A DNA stretch of 64,000 nt, from contig JBHGNT010000022.1 in NCBI GenBank assembly GCA_043228905.1, positions 11,470,001 through 11,534,000 on the forward strand. The letters are read 5' to 3'. The stretch is from Azolla caroliniana. Lineage: Eukaryota > Plantae > Polypodiophyta. Below, in pieces: positions 21,076 through 33,479 of the stretch (its first letter is position 1; each line of letters starts with the position of its first letter). The notes under the pieces are model-generated. The model was not told the origin of the DNA, did no database searches, and saw only the letters and a program-made list of their open reading frames with translations. The position numbers and the translations under genes were made by a program.

Positions 21076-22720
21076 GAACATGCCCCTCTCACATTCGATG
21101 TTACCACTTTCATTCAATCAACAATGTTATGGGTGCACTTGCTCCTTCAGAGCAACCGATGTCATGAAACTAGTCAAAGCATGTTCCAACACTGCATATG
21201 AATTTTCATGCACCACATCCTTAGGGTTGTCTATCAAAATCTTTTGTTTAGGTCCTCCCGCTTGACAAAAACCTTGAGAATTTGATGAATTTACAACTCG
21301 TCCCAACGAATCAACTTGAAGGTGAAGGGGTAATCCCTTATCCCTAAATTGTCGTTCCCAATGAACTTTTCGAGGACCCTCCCTAGTTCTGGAATTACCT
21401 TGCCAAGTAGTCTCACAAGTAGTGGGCAAACTATTACGTTGAAAATTCATTGATTTCCCATTCGACTTGCCCTTAACCTTATGTCAATCTTTTTCAACAA
21501 CATCATCACTATTAGTTCTATCCAACGGTTTTTTCCCCCTTATCTATAACCACTAGACTTTGTTTTTCCATATCTATAGATTGAGTTCCCTTATTCTTAG
21601 GGCCCAAACCTTGAAGTGAGACCTCTTTATAACCTGCTTTAGATGATGTTCCTTCATCCATAACAACCACAATATCGTATACACCAACATCTCTCCCAAC
21701 TCCTTCCTTACCATTCCCTTCATTAGGAACCTCTATAGTTGAAGGACAATGATGATGGCATTCTGCCATAAAGTGACCCCATTCACCACATCCAAAACAA
21801 TGACCTGCAAATGTCTCCCACTTCAATTTAAAACAAAGTCTTTTCATACCATGTGTGTTCATACGCACCCATCCTAGCCTCCTACGACTTGTATCCCATA
21901 ACACACAAAATTTGCTCTTATTTGTTACATTTGCATGTGGAGATACCAACACTTTACCCATTTGACTCATCAACTCTGGTAAAAGGGGCCATAAAAAAAA
22001 ATGCTTACAATCCACTGTTACCCAAACAGGGCATTCTTGTTTTAACAAAGCATGATAGTCCACTACGGGGAACCATTGCATTACATGCACCAATCATTTA
22101 TCAAAAAAACACAAGAAGTTTAGCCAACAATGCACTTCGATGTTCCGATGAACGAAACACTGCATATATATTTTCAACACAATTTTGTGACATGATTGTG
22201 TTCAACCATTGTTTAATCCAATTAATGTATGGAGTTCCCCGATAAAAAATAATATAACCGCACGATCATAGAATACATCAAAAGATTGTAACATTGTCTT
22301 AGCATCAACTTTCACATCATGCACATCCTCATCAATGCATTCTTTCACTTCATTTTCATTTTCTTCCACAATATCAGACAACAAGGTATTGGCAATTCCC
22401 CATAAATTATCCCAATTAAAATTATCCTTGTCAACCTCATCTACATGTATTAGTTCGGCATATGTCAATTTTTTCTTATTAATTTCGCAATACCCTTAAA
22501 CCTCTTAGAGCTTCCAATGTCTTCCCTTTCACAATTACATTCAACCATCACATTACTCTTTTTTGGATCAATTTGTGAGGAATTCATGTTTATATCCATT
22601 ATTCTTGATGTGATATCGATCCAAGATAAAAACAATTTTCCATGAACAAGAGAGACAACCAGAACTCGTCCGATTGAAGAGGTCGAAGATGATGAAGACA
22701 ACTCTCTAAATTTTATTTAT
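21076..22720 (-). mobile_element. LINE 5' part: ORF1 (zinc knuckle) and start of ORF2 APE endonuclease
   Basis: ORF 21518-22093 has CX2CX4HX4C (CFGCGEWGHFMAEC) and a plant L1 ORF1-like CPVWVTV motif. ATG at 21113 starts MKVVTSNVRG, an APE N-terminal SxNVRG motif. Confidence 0.75.
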
Positions 22721-23007
22721 CAAAACCCTCTCCAAATTCACTACTTTACCTCAAAATCTTATACCAAAAAGTACTTAATGTTCCACGAATGGGAGATTGT
22801 AGTATGCACATCAATGTTACTCTCAGAACACAACATCTTTATTCGAACAATCATTTCCCTCCTTGATCGAATTTCGAAGATAACCTAGTTGCAGTTAGTC
22901 TCATCTTTGGCATCCTGTCGGTGGTGTTATTGACACAAGCAATTAGGGTGTTGTTATAGATTACGTTTAATGTAACAGAGGCTCGCTACATGTGGTATCG
23001 TGGCAAC

Positions 23008-23686
23008 TAGCAATCGGCAACAATTCAGTTCGGTTTGATTCGATTTGATAGTGTCAAACTCAAATCGTTTAAAACCGAACCGTTTAAAAGAATTGAGAAT
23101 AGCAATCGGCAACAGTTTGTTTCTGTTCGAGAGTGTCAAACTCGAATCAGTTTAAATCAAACCGTTTAAAAAAATTGAAACTTAAATTGAACCGAACCAT
23201 GAAACCGTTTAAACAAAACCATTACAAAAAAATTCAAGCTCAAACCAAACGGTTTTAGAGACTTTCAAACCGTTACACCGTTAAACTACGATTTCGCGGT
23301 TCGGTTCTGGTTTTCAAGTTAGATCAAAATTCAAAATTTCACACTTTAATTTTAAAAATTTTAAATGTTTCAATATTTCAAATTTAAAGTTTTTTCATAA
23401 AATATCAAATTTAGGCTTAAATGTTCAAAAAAATATTTAAGATATTTATCCAGTGTCAATCCTACATCGTCAAATTGTTTAAACAGTTTGATCCGTGGTT
23501 TCAAACCATTTGAACTGAACACCGATAAAGGCTCGACGTGAACCGAACCGGTAACCCCTAAACCGAACTGAACTGAAACCGAACCGTTTACAAAAACCTG
23601 AACCCGAATCGAACTGAAACGGAATCGTTTAAACCGTTAACCCACAACGGTTTCGGGGTTCGGTTTGATTCAATTGCTGATTGTCA
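23008..23686. mobile_element. Non-autonomous hAT-like element (MITE) rich in AAACCG/CGGTTT subterminal motifs
   Basis: Imperfect TIRs tagcaatcggcaa / ttgctgattgtca. Flanking 8-mers gtggcaac and gtgataac (6/8 match) fit a decayed 8-bp TSD. The first ~92 bp are tandemly duplicated. Confidence 0.65.
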
Positions 23687-24091
23687 GTGATAACAATCAT
23701 TTACGACATTTGCTTGGTGTGGAGTTTATGCATGATATTACAAATCGAGCACATGACAAGAAACGGCTCTTTCAAGGTTTTATAATTTATTACTTATATA
23801 TGTTACATAGTTGAGTTGAGGAGAAGGGCATTTTGGGAAATAACCAAAACCACAGGGGCATCTCGGGAAATTCATTTATTTAGCTCCTGCTCTGCCTCTG
23901 AATCGCCCCCAACATATCTATATGGATGTCTATGGATTTCTTCAGCAATTCAACCCCGTGAAGGTCAGGATTTTGCTCTGTGATTCACTTGAGTTTAACC
24001 GAAAGAAAGTAACAAATTCCTTCAGAATTCTACCCACATGAATTTCCAGGATTCTCAACTGATTTAAACTAGGAAAAACAAATTTCTGGCT

Positions 24092-27000
24092 ATGGATACC
24101 TTCGGAATTCAACCCCATGAAGGTCAGAATTTTCTCTGTAACTCATTGATTTGAACAAAAAATAGATTTCTTTCTTACGAATCTCATACTTACACTGTCT
24201 TTGTGCTCTGTAGCTCACGAACTTTGAACACAAATGATATATTTTGTCTCTACTCTCTCTTTTTCTTCCTTTTTATCAAATTTGAACAGAAAAATATCCG
24301 TCTAAAATTATATACGTGTACCCTGTTAAAATGTTTGTGCTGGATTCGCTCATTTTAATCAAATTCTTGTATGCTAATCACTTGTTTTTTTCCTTTCTCT
24401 CTTCATTATTGGGTCCTAGTTGTTGATTTCTTGGGCTGTATTCCCATGCTGCAACAGCTACCTGCCACATCAATTCAACAAATTGCTCAATCTGTCAAAA
24501 TCAAGTCATTCGGTAAATGAATTCTCATAATTTGGAAGTACATGGATTGTGGTAGTATGCTATTTGTGGATCATGAATGGATTGTAATCACATCAATTCA
24601 ATAATTTGCTCAAACATGTAAACAGCTCATCTCTATGGCCAAGGCTGTCCAATAGCTAATGGGGCGTTAATTAACCCCTAATTCTGTAGCCAAGAGGAGA
24701 GTGCAGTAATCATGAATTATATTAATGGATATCTAGCCATTTTTGTGACCACAAACCCTCAGGCTACGTCTAAACCATAGACATCCAAACTGTGGGTTCC
24801 CATGCTATCCAAAGCGAATGTGCCTATTCTAGACATTCCGAGTTATATAACTATGCACATATGATCATAATATGTTTGTTTTACCTTTTTTTTCATCCTT
24901 CCTCTGTTTTCCTTATAGAGGTTTTTGTTTTCCTTGTTCCTTCGGGTAGTTTTCTAATGTTTTTCTTCTCTTCCCCTATAATTGTTAGTTTTCTAATGTT
25001 TTTCTTCCCTTCCCCTTTAATTGTTCTCAGCTCCTGGAGATTTTATTGCACAAGAGGGAGAGACAAGTGAAGGATTATACTTTATATGGAAGGGAGAGGT
25101 TTGATTAAATATAAATGCATAAAATTATATTTATATTGTTTGAAAAATCCAATAAGAAGATTAGTGACTTACTGCACAAGGCTATGATCAAGAAAGCATC
25201 CTTATTTTGCTCCATTATTTTCCATCTTTGGCAGGCTGAGGTTAATCCATTCGCAGAAGATGCCACTGTTGGTCCTACGGTCCCATCATTAAAACCTAGT
25301 GATTATTTTGGTCATGGTATTTTTATATTAAAACAAGCTCATTTATGAGACTGTAAAAATGAGGTGATAAAAAATTGTGCATTTATACATGATGGTTTTA
25401 CAAGCATCCATCCATCCATTGTGACTATGTGTGCATAGATAGAAATGTCGTTAATTTTCAGTTACATTATTTATTCTTATGGCGCTCAAGTTCATGACCC
25501 ACTACATTCAGGGGTATATACTTGGACCTTGCTGCAGGTATGCCACCTTCATTTATGTTGCCCTGATAGTGTTCAGTATCATTGGTTTAAGCAATGTAGA
25601 AGACACCTAAACATCCAGTTGAATTGGAGAGTTATTTATCTGCCTTCCAAAGTGAAAATTATGTTCCGCATCACTGTATGTTCCAACTCTCTACTAGCTA
25701 AGGCAAACATCTCTCTGACCCTCACCATTGTTAGCTACGTACTCAATGATACTTGTATAAGCATGTATCTCCTCACCTAAAAGGGCCTCACCTAAAAGGC
25801 CCCCATTGTCTTATATTTCTATATAGCTGAACTACAAATAGAGGAGCATGTTAGGGAAATCGGTACTAGGGAATGGCTAGTGGGCTCTGGGGCAGGCCTT
25901 CTGCATGCCATCATAGCTTGGCTAAGTATGTCCTATTCAAATTTTTCATAGATCATCTGCACTTATACATTGTGGGGATAAACATACTAGAAGCACTAGC
26001 TCAGTGTTCAAATATGTGCACAATAAGAAATTTTTCCTTCTTCATAGGTGGGGATTCTGTGTTCAACATTTGATAAAAGTATCGGTAGCACTAGGCAAAT
26101 TGAACTCCACAACTGGGCTTGAGGAGAAAAAGAGCCCTTAACCGTTAGTTTCATTGTTCTCACAGAAACATTGTACCGAAAAGTTTATGTGCCTTCTCTT
26201 CAACTTTTGTATCATCCATGAACATTGTATGCATAATAGAACATGGAGTGCTGGATGAATGTACAAAAATAAAAGAACATGATATATTGCAATTCTACTA
26301 AAGTATGTTTGTCCCCATAATTGGCACATGTTTGTCTTTGCAGCTACTGCTAGGCCTGTAAGAGTCACTCATAAAGCTGATGTCATTGCAAAAACTGAGG
26401 TACTTCAAAATATCATCACAGAAGCTGTTTCACATAAATGATTTTCATGGTTTTTTCTGATTTCTTTTGTTTATAGGTAATATGTTTGATCTTGGATCAT
26501 GAAAACGCCAATTTACTCTCGGCAACATCTATTTGGTCTTCGAAAAGAGATAAAACTGGTCTTGCCACTGTAGAGAAAATCTTACAGTTAGACAGCCTTG
26601 GGGTATGGACTCGGTCTATATTGGTAAAACACAATGTGTAATTTGTAAGCAAATCAAGACTACAAGAATATGCGGCGAAACATAATTCAGTGCCTGTACA
26701 TAATTAAGAATATGCTGTGAAGTACTAAAACGCGGCAGTGGCAGAAATGAGTCTTGTAATGCAATGAATTGATGTAATGCTTGAAGGTGGACTTGTATCG
26801 AGGAATCACACTACCGAATACTGTGAATCTTGGACAGGTCTATGGTGGACAGTTAGTTGGACAGGTACCTTGATCAATACAAGTAAATGCAAATACTTGA
26901 TAACTGTATGACTGTTATAGTCACCATCTTGGTTGCATAGTAATGATATCTTATTTAGGTATTTAGGATGCCAAATGCAGAATAAGTAATTAGGATGGGA

Positions 27001-30000
27001 TAAATGGTGTGTATAAGCCAGTTTAAAATACAATTTTATATCAATTGCCAAATATGCAATCTACTATTAAATCATGGGATTCTTTAGTTAAAAAGTGACA
27101 CTTTTGTTTTGATAGTTTCTACATCTCCCCTCTCTTTTTCAGGCGTTGGCAGCAGCTAGCAAGTCTGTTGATCCTGCACTTTTTGTGCACAGTCTGCATT
27201 CGTATTTTCTACGAACCGGAGATAATGATTGTATGTGAATTGTGGGCTTTATCTATTTTGTGGAATGGAGTCTGACAAGTTGGATTTTCTTGTAGTGCCA
27301 ATTATTTACCAAGTTCAACGACTTCGTGATGGACACAGCTTTGCCTCTCGATCTATCACAGCATCACAACAGGGCCAGAGAATCTTCCACATGTTGGCAT
27401 CTTTTCAGGCATGCTATTAACTTTTCGATGTTTTATCTACGATTGGATTCATTTACATGCAACAATTTCTATATAAATATATCATGATTTATTGTATATG
27501 AAGCGAATTGAACAACCACTGTAAACACCTGTATGTACTGATGACTATTTGTTCATTGTTAATGTATTTTATGGTTCAGAGAGCCGAAGATGGTCTTATG
27601 CACCAAGAACCTATGCCACAAGTACCAGAACCAGAGAAGGTTTGAGAAAACTTCAAGCATCAGTCAATATTTTTGAAAAAGAATATCAAATGGCTCTACT
27701 ATTTTGAGTTCTCAGGTTATCTCTGTTGATGAACTCGTGAGAAGTTATTGGACTGATCCACGCATACCAGTGTAAGGATAATAAGAGTTATTTTATTCAA
27801 GTTTATGACATTGTCTTGAAGCATCTCTCTTCCTTCTAAAACAGGAAGCACAGAAATAATTTCTTCCTGGGACCTTTGGATATACGATTGTGTGATCCAA
27901 TTGATGAAATAAAACCTATAGCAATGGAGCCAAGGTTAGATGCATTATTAAGCTGATAACCAAAGTTTTATATTCATCTTCTGCCTCCGATATTAATTTA
28001 AACAGGTTGTACTCTCACAGGGAGAGTTTATGGTTTCGGTCTAGAGAGACACTTTCTGAGGACCAGGCCTTGCAAAGGTATTTTCTTGAAATCAGAAAAC
28101 CAGATTTATATGCATTCACAATTTAGTAAACCAGCCCGCTATATTCCATTTCAATTGGAGAACTTACAACTTGGCTTTTGAGGGAATTGGATTTCTAAAC
28201 TTTGGATAAGAAAGAAAGTTCTATTTACATCTACAGCATGGCATGTATTGAAAATATATGGGACCAAATGTTGCAGTGCACATTCATACATCTTAAAATT
28301 CAAGTTCAACCTTAACCTAACCGTGCTTAGTTTAACATCTAAAAGGGACATCCAACCCAATAAGAGTGTATAGTTCATAAGTGCAAGTTCTGTGTACTTG
28401 ACTTTCAATGTTTGTAATTGCAGATGTGTAGCCGCATATGCCTCGGATTATCACTTTCTACAGGTTTCCGTTCGGCCTCATCGTGGAGTAGTTGGCCACA
28501 AAATAGTATCCTTGAGCCTAGATCACTCGTATGTATGCTGTTATAAAATATCAAATGAAACTTTTCAGAAGATTTCTATATCTGAATGTTGTAAGCTTTC
28601 TTTATTGGGTATGTGATATCACTAGAACACTACACTATCTCAGATTAAATGAAGTGAGTAAAAACTCTGAAATATCCCTGATTTTTTCATAATTTCACCA
28701 AATGCCACTCCACACACAATTCTACCCATATCCATTTCCAGAGCTCTACACACAATAGAACACACCCTAAAGGAATCTTCTTGTAAAGAGCTATAATAAT
28801 TTGCTACATATAATTGCAATGACCCCGGGGACTTCTTACACAACCTCACTATCTCAGAAAAATTATGCCACCGTTGTCCATGATAAGAAGCCTCTGTAAA
28901 AAATAAAAGGCCTTGTAGAAATCCAGAAAAGCCCATACAACCTTTTCTTCTATATAAACTTTCAGGATGTCGTCCGTAGTAGAGAACGCCCTTGAAATCC
29001 TGCTTGAACTGGGGTTCCGTTTCTTTTTCCACTTCAAGCACTGGTCTGTAAAATTAAGCTAGCATGTGACCATATACACCACTGTCTAATAGTGGATATA
29101 CATAATTGCCAAGGCCTTATTGGGCATGTCCTCTAGCCCAGTAGTTTCCACCACTTGTATGGGGTTGAGGTTAGTTTTGGATCGTCGATCAGAATCGGGA
29201 GTTTTGGATATGTCATCATGTAGTGTTTAGGTCTCTGATCATGAAGAGGGGGGTATAAATCCAACTCTGAGCTTCCTTGCAGACAGATCTCTTTTTGAAC
29301 ATGAGAAATCACATTTTCTTGTAGGCTGCTTGTTATGTAATTTCCTTTAGACTTATCTTTGTATTAAGTTCTCTGTATAGATAATGGAATTCTTTAAGAT
29401 GCAATCCCATGTTTGATCTTATAGGCCATTTTGGCCTCTTAGAAAAGTTAAATCTTTCTTTCTTTCTTTCAATACATCTATTTTCATTCCTCATTGTGCT
29501 GACAGTTTTGATGCATGTTCCCAGTAAGTTTATAGTTTACTGTAAGTTTTGAGAAAGGTTGGTGGTGAAGATACTGTCTTGTTGGCAAGGGTTACACACC
29601 GATGATAGGGTTGGGATGGTGAAGATTTCAATATTTTGGGTCGCTTCCCTTGTCCCGAGGATGTAATCAATTGTGCTTCCACCTCCTTCTAATGGATGGC
29701 ATTGAAGGCCACTAGAATCTGAGCATGAGTTCCCAATTGTTGATAACTAGTTGGTGTCGAAACCCTAGTTCTAATAGATGTCCGCCGTATCCTGTGTTGT
29801 CTGGTCCTGATTTGGCTGAGCTCCTTCTAGTTCCTGAGCCCTCTAAAGGTATTACTTTGTTTATTTTGAATGCCAGTGTTGATGTCTCTTGTGAGGAATA
29901 CTTAGCGCCTAGACTTCAGTACCACTTACTGCACTCAAATAGAACATTGTAGATGACTCAATTTCTCTGATTCTTCATCTTCCTTGATTGTGTTATCTAA

Positions 30001-31132
30001 GTTATTAAGTTCACCTCCTTTTGTCTTGGGTGAATTCTACATTCACTTCCTCTTAATGACTTTCACCCCGACTTTCATGTTCTTGAGTTGAGAGCTAAGA
30101 TCACTGCCCTTTTTGTTCTTGGCAATGATTGACTTCACTGCTTCATATTCATGTGCGGTATTTGATGCCTTCTTTGAAGGCACAGATCCAATATTTTAAT
30201 GCATTAATGGAGATTCAACATTGTCATGCATTAATGGTTGTGTCCGAGTTTTTCTTGTTCAATCAATCAAATGCCAAAATGTTCTCTTAAGATTTGTTAA
30301 AGGTCCATCCATTATTTGTTCCATAAAGCTGCTTGTTATGCGTACAATAGGGTATTTTTCAGTGATCGGTGAGTGAGTACTGTGTTTAGGTCAGCAACAC
30401 CATCAATCCGGTATATTTATGAGTGACTTACCAAACATTACTTACATCCGTGTAAAAGGCTCAAAGAAGATTTGGCTGGTTATGGCATCTGGAAATTTGG
30501 GGGTCACCACACTGCCCTTCTCTTTCCCTATTCTCATCCATCTTTGAAAAGTCTTGTACAGTGTACAACTATCTCGGACCATATTGATTTTTCCATATTT
30601 CAGATGGTGGATATCATACCATGTCAGAATTGTTTTGCAATCTCTCGAAAATGAAAGATAATCAAACGTATGTAAAATGATAGTTGTCCATGTATATCTT
30701 CAACTCCCTAATATTAAACCATGTTTTTCGGCATGTGCAGCATGTGGTTTCACAAGCCATTCCGTGCAGATGAATGGCTACTTTATGTGGTAGGTTTATT
30801 GGTTAATGTTTACAAGAAAGATAAATGGTGCCTTTGATCTCATCTTTACATAAAAATTGTGTATGGCAAACTAGATTGAGAGCCCTTGTGCCAGCAATGG
30901 ACGCGGATTAGTACTGGGTAAAATGTTCACAAGGAATGGAGAGGTTGGTTTATTGGTTTATAATCATTTTTTAAATCCAAATGATATGATCTGAATTTTT
31001 CTATCAGCTTGAAAACTTTGGTTCAAGAATAAAAATAGTATGTCTGCATTTCAGCTGGTTGTATCCACTGCACAAGAAGGTCTCATACGCAAGCTCGACA
31101 AGTCAAAACGGAAGCCCAAATCCAAGCTTTGA
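24092..31132 (+). CDS. ACH2: Peroxisomal acyl-CoA thioesterase II (TesB-like, ACH2-type, N-terminal cNMP-binding domain), multi-exon
   Basis: Exons 24092-24122 ([10 protein letters not shown]), 24420-24512 ([15 protein letters not shown]), 25031-25098, 25235-25316, 26344-26399, ~26477-26602, ~26787-26864 (VYGGQLVGQ), ~27143-27230 (VHSLHSYFL), ~27296-27408 ([12 protein letters not shown]), small exons 27580-28077, ~28424-28529 (AYASD..SLDHS), 30741- ([15 protein letters not shown]), ~30875-30943 and ~31055-31132 ending in SKL-stop (PTS1). The frame is continuous across splice sites. Confidence 0.9.
28640..29470. mobile_element. Intronic non-LTR retroelement remnants (RT-like fragment on minus; RTE-family 3' end with (TCTT)n tail on plus)
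   Basis: AFLDFYKAF resembles the RT DFxKAFD motif. 29400-29470 is the reverse complement of the dispersed repeat end seen at 35315, 36755 and 40578. Confidence 0.45.
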
Positions 31133-31476
31133 TGATATTGTTTTTTTTTACACTTCACCATGGACACATGTTTTGATTGAAGTATTTATGTCAAGAGAAC
31201 CAAAGTTGCTGGACGAAAATTCGAGGGATAATGTCCTATATAATAAATATACAATGTGATACCCCAAAATAAGGGAAATTCCCATTCTAAACTTAAAATG
31301 GTGGAGATCCTGCACTTACTTCCCATTCTAAACCTTGACAAGCTAAACATCATTACAAGGAAGATAATTAATAATAATGTGAAAGATAACATTGAATAGT
31401 AATATATTTATGTATGTTATTTACGCATGTCTGAATTTTGTATAGGTAATTTTTCAATGAGGGTCAGCCCATATAC

Positions 31477-31845
31477 TAACAACCAGCAATGGTTCGGTTC
31501 GGTTTGAGAGTGTCAAAACCGAACCGTTTAATCATTTTGAAACTTGAACCGAACAAAACCACAAAACCGTTTAAACCAAACCGTTAAACCATTTAACCAT
31601 AAAAATTGCAGTTTTGTGGTTTGGTTTCGGTTTTCAACTTAGGTCAATTTTTAATTTTTAATTTTAATTTTTTTATTATTTTAAATTGTAATTTTTCAAA
31701 AATTTAAAGATTTTCCTGAGAGAATTAGGCTTAAAAATGAAAAGATTGATTTTAAAAAAAATTTAAATTATAAAACCATTAAACTGTTTAACCATGGTTT
31801 CTAACCGTTGAAATTGAACCGAAACCGAATCGTTGTCGAATGTTA
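31477..31845. mobile_element. Non-autonomous hAT-like MITE, same family as 23008-23686
   Basis: Starts taacaaccagcaatggttcggttcggtttgagagtgtcaaaacc and ends gttgtcgaatgtta. Flanks ccatatac / tcatatac (7/8 match) form an 8-bp TSD. Confidence 0.7.
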
Positions 31846-33479
31846 TCATATACCAAACATTTCTTGTTTGTTTTTCAACATTTAGGTTTTTGTGCAATAA
31901 ACTATGATGTCCTTTGAGTGGTGTTGATTTTGTGTTTCCACATGTGATGGAAAGTTGAAAAGGAGAGAACTATGTGATTAGCTCCAATATTTCACTTGAC
32001 TCTCAAATTCTTATGTTGATTTACCTCATTTGCACAACAGTTTGTCTTTATGTTATATACAAGAAACAAATGAGTTGATTGTAGCCATTTAAGGAAAATT
32101 AACTAAATTTTGAGGATTAGAAGGGACTTTTGGGGTAAGTTTGGCACTAATAGCTCAATACAAAGGGTTGAATACCAATCAAATAAATATATCATCCATT
32201 ATAACAAATCTCATTCCATATCTTCTAAGCCTTATCCTATCATATAGTCCATCTTAATGTCTTTCTTTATATCTTGTAAACAAAGGGGCTAGAAAATTTG
32301 ACAATTCATGGAGCATGTTCCATCTAATAAGGGCAAGATTTCCATCATTGAGGAAGCTGATGTCTATACTAAGAGTTAGTGTTATCGGATGTGCCAAGAA
32401 AGGGTCACCAATACACAATGTAAACTCTTTTATCAACAAATTAGGACACTAGTTTTATTTGTGATCAACATATGACATCGAGAATAATGTAAATAATAGG
32501 GAACACATATTGATTGTGTAATTGTTCTATACAATTGCAATTGCTACCTATTAGCAAGTTAAGGAACCTCTTCTCTAATGAAGAGCACAACTAGAACCAA
32601 ATTTGAGTTCCCTACACCTTGCACCAAGAAACTAAAACAGTTGGGACTAGAAAACATTCTTCTAGTGACTCATGCTTTGTAGTACCTATTAGCAAGTTGA
32701 GGAACCTCTTCTCTGATAAAGAGTGAAACTAAAACCGTGGAATCTGGATCCCAAAACAAGTTTTGAGACTCGTGAACCTCAATTGGTGTTCGAATCACGT
32801 TTCAATACGCAATTACCAAACTTAGGTTACCCAAACACAAGTCATGATATAGCTACATGTCTTTACGTCCCCCAATTACCAAACATGCCATTCCATGAGA
32901 CAAAAAGATTCCCAAGTGTCGTTGGCAATTGCATGTCATGTTGTGGCTGATAGACAATGCCCATTAGAGAGAAGAATCCTCACGTGTGCAACCATTGGGC
33001 CCAAATTCAGACAAAAAAGCCATCTTTGAAGGAGAATACAAGTATAGAATTTATTATCATGTAAAATAATCCATATCGCAATGCACCAAATGGAACTAAG
33101 AAATTCCTTGCAGTTGATCTCAACCAATACGTTTCATAAAAAGTCTTTTGTGCTTTGTAAATAAGTTAAGCTGTGAAGAATTTTCAAATGCACACAAAAA
33201 CAAGCAGAAGTTTGCACTGGGCATAATACAAAGCACTAGTACTGAAAATAAAGTTTCTAATCAACGTACTTCCCTAATGATAAATAATTAAGGTTCTCGT
33301 CAATGTGGGCATACCATGGAATATGGACATTCCTTGTTAGACCTATCTGCAGTGTTCTCCAAAGAACAGCCCAGAATAAGTTGTAGCATGTCCCTTTTGA
33401 CCACCTTAAATAAATGCAATGCTCTCCCTGAGCAAGCATAAGATAATACGTTCAACTTTTCAGTGTAATTTCATGCTGT

